A stretch of DNA of 64,000 bases from a virus: IMG/VR virus record IMGVR_UViG_3300049617_000207, positions 1 to 64,000 of that record. One strand, 5' to 3'. Position 1 is the stretch's first letter. Each line of letters begins with the position of its first letter. Of the stretch, positions 1-8,327 are shown one piece after another. The notes beneath the pieces are model-generated. The model did no database searches. It saw only the letters and a list, made by a program, of their open reading frames with translations, and had not been told where the DNA came from. Position numbers and translations under genes: made by a program.

Positions 1-51
1 CCGTGTAGCCGGGGGGGATCGGCGGGACGGAGTAGGGCGGCTCGATGACGC

Positions 52-762
52 TCATTGGCCGCTTTCGATGAAGTGCGCGAACGCCTTTTCGATAGCGTCT
101 TTAAGGAGCGGTGCGGTGTACGCGGCGGCTTCTTCCAGGAACGGCGCCGCGGCGCGCTGCGGGATGATCCAGCCTTCGCCACCGCGCTTGGGCACGCGCC
201 GGAAGACAATGTATTTATAGCCCGCGGCGGTGCCGGTGCTCGCCTTCTGTGCGGTGCCGACGAGGCCACTCGTTGAGGTTTGCTTCGTCTTGAGGCGGCC
301 GACGAACATCGTGTGAATGTCGGTGTTGGCGACCCGCTTGCCGGTCTTGAGGTCCTGCACGGTGAGCGCCTTCGCGCGCGCGGTGTCGGCGAACGGGAGC
401 GGTACGACTTTCCCGGCCAGGCGGCTCTTTTTGAGGTCGGTCGGCCCGCGCGTACCCTGCTCGACGAAGCTCGCGTAGTCGGCGCTGGCCTGTATCGACA
501 CCGAGAGCGCGTTAAGCTCGACCACTTGGATCGAGCCTGCGAGCTTGCCGGTCTTGCGATGCACGACGAAGGGCTTGCCCTCGAAGGTGCGCACGATGCC
601 CGAGACGTTCGCGACCGCGCGCCGCATCGCGATGCGGCCGTGGTCTTGCAAGACCGAGGTGACGTCGTCGATAGTCGAGAGCGACGTTTTGAGGCGCTCC
701 GCGACTTCGGCGAAGCCCGTGACGTTGACGTTGACTGCGACGTCGACCGGCACGCCCGCCAC
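52..762 (-). CDS. HK97 gp10-like neck/tail-completion protein
   Basis: HRKTGKLAGSI...YASFVEQGT...PFLEEA motifs typical of the HK97 gp10 family; lies downstream of head genes. Confidence 0.65.
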   Translation of the reverse strand: MAGVPVDVAVNVNVTGFAEVAERLKTSLSTIDDVTSVLQDHGRIAMRRAVANVSGIVRTFEGKPFVVHRKTGKLAGSIQVVELNALSVSIQASADYASFVEQGTRGPTDLKKSRLAGKVVPLPFADTARAKALTVQDLKTGKRVANTDIHTMFVGRLKTKQTSTSGLVGTAQKASTGTAAGYKYIVFRRVPKRGGEGWIIPQRAAAPFLEEAAAYTAPLLKDAIEKAFAHFIESGQ

Positions 763-763
763 G

Positions 764-1297
764 TTATACCGAGACTTTCGAGATGAGCAGGCGCCATGCG
801 AAAAGGACGTTCTTGTCGACGAGCGGGATCGCGCGCGCCTTGGCCGTCCACAGTTGCCCCATGATGACGAAGCGGTCCATGCGCAGGGTCGCCTCGCCTT
901 TAATGTCCGAGAAGTTGCCGGAGTTGTAATCGGTGAGGCTCGGCGTTGTGCCGAGGATCGGCGGATCGGCGGTCGGATCGGGGTCGACGAGGACCGTCGT
1001 GCCGGGGCGCGGGAAGAACGGCACCGCGAAGTCGAGTTGCGCGTCGCCGATGTCGACCTGGCCGAAGGGCTGCTGCGTGAAGCTCGTGGTCTTACTTGAG
1101 AAGTACGCGAAGACGTTCACCGGCGGCAGGAAGCTCTCGCCGAAGTTGCCGGTGTTCGTGAGGCGCGGGCCGCCGAGGGTTGCCTTGGGCGTGTCGCTCG
1201 ACGGGTTCATTGCGCCGGGCGGCGGGATAACCGAGTGCATCCACCCGATGAGGTTGCCGCGCCGGGCGATTAACTCGGCGACCGCGACGCGGTTCAT
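764..1297 (-). CDS. putative head-closure/neck protein
   Basis: Position between adaptor-like and gp10-like genes; ATGA coupling with upstream gene; no firm motif. Confidence 0.4.
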   Translation of the reverse strand: MNRVAVAELIARRGNLIGWMHSVIPPPGAMNPSSDTPKATLGGPRLTNTGNFGESFLPPVNVFAYFSSKTTSFTQQPFGQVDIGDAQLDFAVPFFPRPGTTVLVDPDPTADPPILGTTPSLTDYNSGNFSDIKGEATLRMDRFVIMGQLWTAKARAIPLVDKNVLFAWRLLISKVSV

Positions 1298-1890
1298 ACG
1301 CGCTCGGCTGCCGCCTTCTCATCGCGGAAGACCGGCACGTCGGCCATCGTATCGGCCTCGGCGTCGAGGTCGGGGTTGACGATGCGGATGGGCTCGGCGT
1401 AGGCGCCGCTGCCCTCCTCGCCCTGCTGCGACTGCGCCCGCGCGGCGAGCGCCTGCGGGGTCTTGGCGCTGCTCGCCTCCGCGCGCTTGCGCTTGGCGAT
1501 TTGCTCGTCGGCCGCTTCGGAGACGCGGCGCGCCGCTTCGTTTTGCAGAGCGTTGTTCGCGACGAGCCCGGAGCCCGACATCGGTGGCGCGAGCGGGCCG
1601 TCGTGATCCTCGTCGACCGGCACGGGCATGCCCGCGGGATAGGAATAGAGCGGCGGTAGCCCCTGGTCGATGTAGGCGACATTCTCGGGTGAGTCGATGA
1701 GATTCGCGGCTTCTTCCATCGTCATGTAACAGAGGTTATTGAGGAATTGACGGAAGCCGTGGTTCGTCTCGACGACCCGGCCTTTCTCATCTTTGCTAAG
1801 GTCGCGGGTGACTTGCGCCGTGACTTCGCGGTGACGGCTGCGAACGAGTACCTTTTTTCCCATTAGTGCATCCTTGCTTTCATGGATCAT
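1294..1890 (-). CDS. hypothetical virion-module protein
   Basis: Start re-called at ATG 1890 (ATGA overlap with upstream stop), MIHESKDALMGKK. Confidence 0.6.
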   Translation of the reverse strand: MIHESKDALMGKKVLVRSRHREVTAQVTRDLSKDEKGRVVETNHGFRQFLNNLCYMTMEEAANLIDSPENVAYIDQGLPPLYSYPAGMPVPVDEDHDGPLAPPMSGSGLVANNALQNEAARRVSEAADEQIAKRKRAEASSAKTPQALAARAQSQQGEEGSGAYAEPIRIVNPDLDAEADTMADVPVFRDEKAAAERV

Positions 1891-2837
1891 ATCACCATTT
1901 GTATGCCGAAGTCCGGCAGCGTGAGCGAGAGAATCGCCTGCTCTTCGTCGTCGAGGTCGCCCGAGTACGCTTTCGAGCCGTAGCTCTCCGAGCCGCCGTC
2001 GACTGAGAGTGAGGCGAGGCCGTTCGAGATGCCGCGCCAATTCTGTCGCAGAATCCGGTTCGCAACGATGCGAGAGACGCCGTTCGAGACGGCCCGCGGC
2101 ATCCCGCTGCTCCAATCTATGCCGTCGATGAGCACGCCTTGTGGGAGCGGGTTGGGCGGCGCAGGGTTAAGCTCAATCGCGGCGCCGGTGTCGGGATCGA
2201 ATTGGAGTGGCGCGCCCGAAAAATACTTCGTCGGCGGGAAGCCGAACGTGTAGTGAATCTCGATGTTCGTGCGGCCGGGGATAAATGAGTAACTCGAAAA
2301 CGGCACGGCGGCGTTCGCGGTGAGCAGGAGCGCGCGCGGCGGAATGATGATCGTGCGCGCGTTCGTGTCGACCAGGATGTCCGCGTCCTCGATCCCCGTG
2401 TAGGGCGGCGTCGCGCCACTCGTTTCGAGCGAATAGGGCGCCTGGAAGGCGGGTGTATTGGGCGGCTCCAAGAAGCCCGCGCGGTTGAATTCGGTGCCGT
2501 CGATAGCGCGGAACCGCGAGAACCGATACCAGGGCATCGAGGGCAGGATTCGGATGAAGACCACGTTGACGCCCGCGATGTAGCGGTTGGGCAGCACGAT
2601 AGTATCGTCGCCCGTCCCACTTGCGAAGTAGACGCGCCTGCACCAATCGAGCGGCGTGCGGATCGCGGAGACGACCATGCTGGAAATTTCGGGGATGAGG
2701 TCTTCGTCGAGCATGGCGATGAGGCTCGTGTAGGAGCCGTCTTGGTCCTGGAATTGCGCGAGGCTGTTGCCCAGGAGTTTGCCGAACACTTGGCGCGCGT
2801 TGCAATGATTGCGCGGCTGATCGGTGTCGTAGCGCAC
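1887..2837 (-). CDS. putative head-tail adaptor/connector
   Basis: Follows MCP; NIEIHYTFGF, MPRAV and SLSVDGGSESY resemble gp6/gp15-type adaptors; true start may be upstream (ATA 2876). Confidence 0.55.
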   Translation of the reverse strand: MRYDTDQPRNHCNARQVFGKLLGNSLAQFQDQDGSYTSLIAMLDEDLIPEISSMVVSAIRTPLDWCRRVYFASGTGDDTIVLPNRYIAGVNVVFIRILPSMPWYRFSRFRAIDGTEFNRAGFLEPPNTPAFQAPYSLETSGATPPYTGIEDADILVDTNARTIIIPPRALLLTANAAVPFSSYSFIPGRTNIEIHYTFGFPPTKYFSGAPLQFDPDTGAAIELNPAPPNPLPQGVLIDGIDWSSGMPRAVSNGVSRIVANRILRQNWRGISNGLASLSVDGGSESYGSKAYSGDLDDEEQAILSLTLPDFGIQMVI

Positions 2838-2980
2838 GAACCGCGGCGTGATGTACGGTGCGGGCGTTGGTAGTATCGGATCATCCTCCGTGATGCGCGC
2901 GTCGGGCGTCTTCCATGACGCGGGGCCGCTTCGTGCGAGACCGGCGCACCTGGACCGTTGCCGCGTAAAAGGCGGGGCGA

Positions 2981-2993
2981 CCTGCTAGAGTTT
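2981..2993 (-). promoter_or_regulatory. putative late-promoter motif AAACTCTAGCAGG (other copies 4263, 6824, 19976, 33378, 37988)
   Basis: Near-identical 13-mer, always in minus orientation upstream of structural or membrane genes. Confidence 0.55.
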
Positions 2994-3000
2994 GGGATCA

Positions 3001-3041
3001 AAAAAGCGAGCCGCCGAATCGCCGCTCGGTGGCTCGCTTTT
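3001..3041 (-). terminator. intrinsic terminator after MCP
   Basis: AAAAGCGAGCC...GGCTCGCTTTT hairpin with A/T tails on both sides. Confidence 0.8.
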
Positions 3042-3093
3042 CCTCACTCACTCACGAGTAAAGGTGCAGGACTTGAGCTTCACGCGACGATTG

Positions 3094-4173
3094 TCAGTTG
3101 AGGCTCGACGGGAGTGAGAGGTTGAGGCCGGTCAAGAGCGCCTGCGCCTGAGTGATGCCCACCTGCAGCATCGAGGTCTCGTAGACGATGCCGCGGTCGG
3201 CCGTTTGGATCGCCATGAGGTCCACGTAGTGCAGAGGGTCCACGTCGACCATCTCGACGGCGTTACCGGAATTTTTGTCGTCGGTCGTCTGATCGTCGAG
3301 GAAGATGATGCGCTCGTAGCCCGTGACGGGATCGGGGAGCATATACTGATCGTCGATAAGGTCGACCGAGCCCGTGCCGAAGTTCCACGAGTCGACCTGA
3401 AAGCCGCCGGTGAATTGGCCCGTGCTCGTCTGCCCGGTCTGCCGGATCGCGTAGTAGAGGCCGAGCAGTTCCGTGAGCACTTGCTTCATCGCGTACGACA
3501 TGATGAGCGCGCGCGTCTTGAAGCCCGCGCGCCGTACGGCGAACATGAGTTGAACGAAGAGCGAGTACCGCACGCCCGAGCCGCCGCCTGCGGAGACGTC
3601 GAGAATGTTGTAGCCGTCATTCATGATTTGCGTGAGCAAACCGTCGAAGATGAGACCGCCCGACGCCGACGAGTCGCCGTTGAGGATCGCCCACTCTTCC
3701 ATGAGCGCGGTGTTTATCATCTTGACGTCGCGTTGCTGCGCCTTGATGTCGATGTAGGAAGCGTCTTGCGCTTTGTCCTGCCACGGGATCGTGACGGTGT
3801 CGCCGAGGTTGGCGTACGGCCGCGCGATGTATTCGTATTGCGGGTCGACGGCGTTCGGCAGGCCGCCCTTGGCGAAGAAGCCGCCGCTCGGATCGGTGCC
3901 CAAGAATTTGCTCGTGGTCTGATTGAGACCGCTATTGGAGACGAGCTTGTAGTAGGCGTGCGCTTTGCCGTTGCCGGTTTTACGCGACAAGCGTTTGCGC
4001 ACCGGCGTATCGACGTTAGCGGCTAACTTGAGCTTGTCTTCGAGGTCTTGGCGAGTCAGTTCGAGGCCGACCACGCCCGTCGTCGACTTCGCGATTTCGA
4101 GCCGTTTCTTGTCGAAACTGCGCAGCGTCGAGATGATTTCGTTCTGCGAGAGAACGGTTGCGGGTCCTGCCAT
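3094..4173 (-). CDS. major capsid protein
   Basis: 359 aa, directly after protease, AGGAG RBS, terminator behind; IAKS/TTG...LTRQDLEDKL resembles the KS-cleaved N-terminus of Twort/SPO1-like MCPs; FDGL motif. Confidence 0.85.
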   Translation of the reverse strand: MAGPATVLSQNEIISTLRSFDKKRLEIAKSTTGVVGLELTRQDLEDKLKLAANVDTPVRKRLSRKTGNGKAHAYYKLVSNSGLNQTTSKFLGTDPSGGFFAKGGLPNAVDPQYEYIARPYANLGDTVTIPWQDKAQDASYIDIKAQQRDVKMINTALMEEWAILNGDSSASGGLIFDGLLTQIMNDGYNILDVSAGGGSGVRYSLFVQLMFAVRRAGFKTRALIMSYAMKQVLTELLGLYYAIRQTGQTSTGQFTGGFQVDSWNFGTGSVDLIDDQYMLPDPVTGYERIIFLDDQTTDDKNSGNAVEMVDVDPLHYVDLMAIQTADRGIVYETSMLQVGITQAQALLTGLNLSLPSSLN

Positions 4174-4277
4174 GTCGTCGTAGCTCTCCTTGCTTTGACT
4201 GACTCGTCCGTGAGTATTGCAGTCGTCTAGGGCACCATTTTCGGGGGGCGGTGCCCTAGACGCCTGCTAGGGTTTGA

Positions 4278-5660
4278 CTAGACGCCTGCGGCGACGCGAC
4301 GCATCTCGCCGAGTTCGGTTTCGACGCGACTCATGTCCTTACGGAGTTGGTCGGCTTCGATGACCTCGTCTTGGGTGAGCTTGCCGTACTGCTGCTTCTT
4401 GATGAGCACCGCACCGCGAGCTTTCTTCTCCGCGAGGTCTTTTTCGAGGTCGGTGTAGCGTTTTGCCATCGACCCTTCCGCGTCGCCGCCGAGAGCCGCG
4501 TCGCCGGGCTTGCCGCCCAGGATCGCCTGCAGCGTCTTCTCGATCCGCGTGCCGGGGTCGCCCGTCTCGTTGCGGGGAGCCAAGGCGCCGCCGCCCGAGA
4601 GCGCGGCGCGCATCTCGTCGAGGGCCTTGGTGATCGGGGTGAGTGCGCTTCCGACGGCCTTCTCGACGAGCTTGTCGATTTGGCCCTGGCTCATGGCGCG
4701 GCCCCGGCCGTTCTTGCGCAGATTGCCCGTCCGGCGACCCATTTGAATGTCGCCCTGGGCGCCGCCGCCGCCTTCGCCGCCGTCGGTGTTGTCGGCACCC
4801 GGATCGTCGGGGTCGGCCGTGGCCTGCTGATAGTGGCCGACGTCGTCGTCGATGCCCGCCATGCCGCAGAGGTCTTTGTGCGCGTTTGCCATGTTCGTCG
4901 CGTGGCCTTCGAGGTCCACGCCACCCATGTCGCCGCCGTTGGTCTGATCGTCGTCGGACATCATGCCCGCGTCGTCAGCGTCGTCTTTGGTGATGACGCC
5001 CGGCGTTGCCGTGCGCTTGAGGATGAAGGTCGCGTTCGCGCCTTCGCCTTGGACCTCGACGTCGCTCTTGCGAATCACGAGCATGTCATCGTTATCGCCG
5101 AGCGTCTTCGCGACCAACCGCAGCGCGGCGTGTGCCTTTCGGATTGCCATGTGACTCCCTCCGTGGAGTGGATCGAGCACCGCGGTTGCGGCCGATTTGT
5201 GGATTGCGGTAATGACGCATTGCGGGTTCGCGGGACTGTCGACGAGCGATAGCTCCGTGAGCGTGTAGTCCGTAATACGATTGTAGGTGCGGCCGGTCGA
5301 CTTGTCGATTTGCCGCGTCGAAGCAAGCTCGTGACCGCCGATAGAGAGTGCCGAGAGCGTCCCGTCCAAGACCTTTTGCCACGTGTCCTCGGCGCCCTTA
5401 CTGATTTTCAGCGTGACGGCGATGGACTTTGTGGCGGGATCGGCTTGCCAATCGAGGCATTTGCCGACGGCCTTCTTTTGGTGCATCTCGCGCACGTTAC
5501 GCGGCCAGGCCGCGAAGGCGCGCTGCGAGGCGCGGAAGTCGACCACGTCGCCCTGGTGATCGGGCGCGGCCTCCACCTGGGCGATGCCCGTGACTTCGCG
5601 CCGGGCGATGTCGATGCTCGACTTTTGGATCGGGGCGTAGAGGTGAATAGCCCGGCTCAC
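4278..5660 (-). CDS. prohead maturation serine protease (XkdF-like) with C-terminal scaffold region
   Basis: DHQGDVV, VREMH, WQKVLDG, LSIGG, ELSLVDSPANP; acidic/coiled C-terminus. Confidence 0.88.
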   Translation of the reverse strand: MSRAIHLYAPIQKSSIDIARREVTGIAQVEAAPDHQGDVVDFRASQRAFAAWPRNVREMHQKKAVGKCLDWQADPATKSIAVTLKISKGAEDTWQKVLDGTLSALSIGGHELASTRQIDKSTGRTYNRITDYTLTELSLVDSPANPQCVITAIHKSAATAVLDPLHGGSHMAIRKAHAALRLVAKTLGDNDDMLVIRKSDVEVQGEGANATFILKRTATPGVITKDDADDAGMMSDDDQTNGGDMGGVDLEGHATNMANAHKDLCGMAGIDDDVGHYQQATADPDDPGADNTDGGEGGGGAQGDIQMGRRTGNLRKNGRGRAMSQGQIDKLVEKAVGSALTPITKALDEMRAALSGGGALAPRNETGDPGTRIEKTLQAILGGKPGDAALGGDAEGSMAKRYTDLEKDLAEKKARGAVLIKKQQYGKLTQDEVIEADQLRKDMSRVETELGEMRRVAAGV

Positions 5661-5983
5661 GGGACGCCTAACGTGCGCTTGACGTCCGCGACGATTTTCG
5701 CGGCGATGAGCGTGGTCGATGAAAGCTCGGTCGTAACCGCTTCATCGGTCACGAGGATCGTGATACCCTTGGAGCCCACGCGCTGATCCGCGAGTTGCGC
5801 CGTCACCACGCGCGCCACCGCGAGCCGCTCTTGCGGCGTCGAAGCGAGCACCTTGACGTGGAGGACGACCGTGCCCTCGGGCTCCGTGGTCGCGCCAAAC
5901 GGGAGCGCCGCGGAGCGTTCGACCGAGGGGGCGAGCCCGCCGAAGTCGGGGCGGGGCTGCGGGATCGAGGGCGCGTTGCTCAC
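5657..5983 (-). CDS. hypothetical protein
   Basis: Translationally coupled ORF in head operon. Confidence 0.55.
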   Translation of the reverse strand: MSNAPSIPQPRPDFGGLAPSVERSAALPFGATTEPEGTVVLHVKVLASTPQERLAVARVVTAQLADQRVGSKGITILVTDEAVTTELSSTTLIAAKIVADVKRTLGVP

Positions 5984-6708
5984 GGACGCGTGAGCGGTCC
6001 ATAGATGATCGTTCCTGCGCCCGCTGCGGCCCCCTCGGGGGTGTTCGGGTCATATCCTACTTCCGCGGCGGTTCGCGGCGTGTAGGCGAGTCCGTAGAAG
6101 GGCGCAATCGCGACGTTCCCGTTGTCGACGAACGGGGTCGCCGGTGGCACGGACGCCGCGACCAGGACGTAGGGGCCACCGGCAACCGTCTGCATGATGA
6201 TGTCGAAGAGCGTGCCGGGGATATACTTTTCGGCAGGCGTCGTGATCGTGACGTAGTCGTCGGCTGCGAGCGCCGCGGCGGTATCCGCGACGTCCGTGGC
6301 GGGACTCGGGATGCCCCACAGGAACGGCGTGCCTGGCGCGGATTGCGGCCCCGCCGCCGCGGCCGGAGGCCATCCCCACGGCGGCTTACCCGGCACGTAG
6401 TCGAGGTAATTGCCACCCGGCAGCGCGGCACTACCCGCAGGATATTTGAGCGGGTACTTCGGGACCACGCTGTAGAGTCGCGCGACCGCACCCGCGGCGC
6501 CGGTGTAGACCGCGCCGGGCGCGCCGTAGACTTCGGCAAAAGGCTCTATCGCCGCTTCGATAGCGGTATAGATTTGCGCGACTTCGCCTACGGAACCGAG
6601 GAAGCCCTGGCCGACCAAGTTATCGAAGAGCGCGATGCTCGCGATGAGGAGCGGCGTCGACGTCATGGGGAAGTCGATTCCGAGTTGCGTGACCGTGCGA
6701 GTCGACAT
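5980..6708 (-). CDS. hypothetical virion-associated protein
   Basis: Coupled ORF, RBS, late motif at 6824 upstream. Confidence 0.6.
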   Translation of the reverse strand: MSTRTVTQLGIDFPMTSTPLLIASIALFDNLVGQGFLGSVGEVAQIYTAIEAAIEPFAEVYGAPGAVYTGAAGAVARLYSVVPKYPLKYPAGSAALPGGNYLDYVPGKPPWGWPPAAAAGPQSAPGTPFLWGIPSPATDVADTAAALAADDYVTITTPAEKYIPGTLFDIIMQTVAGGPYVLVAASVPPATPFVDNGNVAIAPFYGLAYTPRTAAEVGYDPNTPEGAAAGAGTIIYGPLTRP

Positions 6709-6723
6709 CCGTGTCTTTCTCCC

Positions 6724-7125
6724 TTATCGTCCGAGTCGGTCGCGCGCCGCGTAGAGCGGCAGTCCGTGCGCCGCGTGCTCGGGCTTGTTCCCACGGAAGA
6801 TTGCAATACGCGGGGCCGCCTGGCCTGCTAGAGTTTGGCGCGTGGTCTCACTATGCGGGAGCATGTCGGAATATGGGCTCCCCGGCCAGGTCTCAAAGAC
6901 GTGTTCGGGCCGCACGCCGTTCTCGTCGGGAACCTGGCCCGAACGGTGATAGCGCGCGGGCGCGACTCCACCGGCGCGACCTTCGAGCAGCATCACGTCT
7001 TCCTGATCGGTGAGGTGCGGGAGACCGACCTGCTCGTAGCCGTGGCCTTCCATCGCCTTCGCCTGGGCGATAGCGTTTGGGTGGCATAGCTCGTCGCCGG
7101 GCTCGGCTTGCGACCATCGCTTCAT
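6724..7125 (-). CDS. hypothetical protein
   Basis: ATGA overlap at 7122-7125, MKRWSQAEP. Confidence 0.55.
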   Translation of the reverse strand: MKRWSQAEPGDELCHPNAIAQAKAMEGHGYEQVGLPHLTDQEDVMLLEGRAGGVAPARYHRSGQVPDENGVRPEHVFETWPGSPYSDMLPHSETTRQTLAGQAAPRIAIFRGNKPEHAAHGLPLYAARDRLGR

Positions 7126-8324
7126 GTGCGAGGAGCCTCTTGGGCCTGCTGCGCGAGCATCGGCGCGAGCGCCGGATAGTGCGCGAGCGCCCACGCGCGG
7201 GCGTCTGCGATACGTTCGCTCAAAAGCTCGCTGTAGAAGCGCGCGCGCAAGCCCGTAAAGCCCGCGGCGATGATCGCCGCGTTGACACGATCCGGCGCAA
7301 GCTCTTGGCAGACCGACGCGATTTGCATGGCGATGTCGGCGTCGGAGAGCGCCGCAAACGCCGGGTGCGCACGCATTGCGGCGATGTCGCCCGAGACGTC
7401 GCCGTCGAGCCAGGGCTTGAGGTTGCCGTCGGAATAGAACGTGAGCGAGCCTGCGTTCCCGACCCGGTGCGCCTGGCCGCTGCTATCGGCGACAACGCCC
7501 GAGCCCTGCGTGCCGAACACATCGAGATTCGCTAAGATGGCGTCCATTGCGAACCCGTGCCGGATCATCGGGTTGTCGAGCAGCGCGGGACCGGCGCCGG
7601 GGACTTGGCGCGCGAAGATGGCCTTCTTCCCCTCAATCGTGCCAAGTGACGACTCGGGCGCGGCGACTCCGGCGAGCCGGTACAGGTCGTTGGCGAGCTT
7701 TTCGCTCTGCGCGCGCTCGGGATCGTCGTAGCTCGCGGCGATGCCGGGCGTGCCGTCGAGGTCGTAGGGCGCCCGGCCACTCGGGAAGGGCTTGCCGGTC
7801 GGCTTCGCGTTCACCGGCGGCCACACGGCGGCGTCGTGCGCAAGGTCGACGGCCTGCTGCTCGTGCGGCATGAGTGCGCCAGGCGGCGGAATAATCGGCT
7901 CGCCCGGCATCGGAGGCGGATACTCCGCGAGGCTCGGCTCGGGGATCGGGGCGTTGGGATCGCCCGGCACGCCCGCCTGCGGCTGCGGGTTCGCGCCGGG
8001 CGCCGCCTGCATGGCCTGGCCTGGCTGCGGTGGCGGAGGCTGCCCCGGCTGCGGCTGCAGTTGCGGATCGCCAGGGAGCGGCGGCGGCTTGACCTTCCAG
8101 CGCGGAGATTCTTCCCACGCGGGATTGCCCATGCGCGGATCGGCCTCGGTGACGTTCACGTGCGGCGCGGCGTCGGCGTTGGTCGGACGCGCGAAGGCGC
8201 CGCCGACGAACCCGTTACGCCACCGGCCGAAGCCTTTGGGCGACGCTTGCGGACGCAGATACCACGGCGGCCCCGTGCGGCTCGTCACACCCGCGGTCGC
8301 GTGAAGCTCGCGTAGCGACGGCAC
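7122..8324 (-). CDS. Pro/Gln-rich protein with degenerate PI3/4-kinase/HipA-like domain
   Basis: EKLANDLYRLAGVAAP...FAMDAILANLDVFG; later catalytic Asn/Asp positions appear substituted. Confidence 0.5.
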   Translation of the reverse strand: MPSLRELHATAGVTSRTGPPWYLRPQASPKGFGRWRNGFVGGAFARPTNADAAPHVNVTEADPRMGNPAWEESPRWKVKPPPLPGDPQLQPQPGQPPPPQPGQAMQAAPGANPQPQAGVPGDPNAPIPEPSLAEYPPPMPGEPIIPPPGALMPHEQQAVDLAHDAAVWPPVNAKPTGKPFPSGRAPYDLDGTPGIAASYDDPERAQSEKLANDLYRLAGVAAPESSLGTIEGKKAIFARQVPGAGPALLDNPMIRHGFAMDAILANLDVFGTQGSGVVADSSGQAHRVGNAGSLTFYSDGNLKPWLDGDVSGDIAAMRAHPAFAALSDADIAMQIASVCQELAPDRVNAAIIAAGFTGLRARFYSELLSERIADARAWALAHYPALAPMLAQQAQEAPRT

Positions 8325-8327
8325 GCT

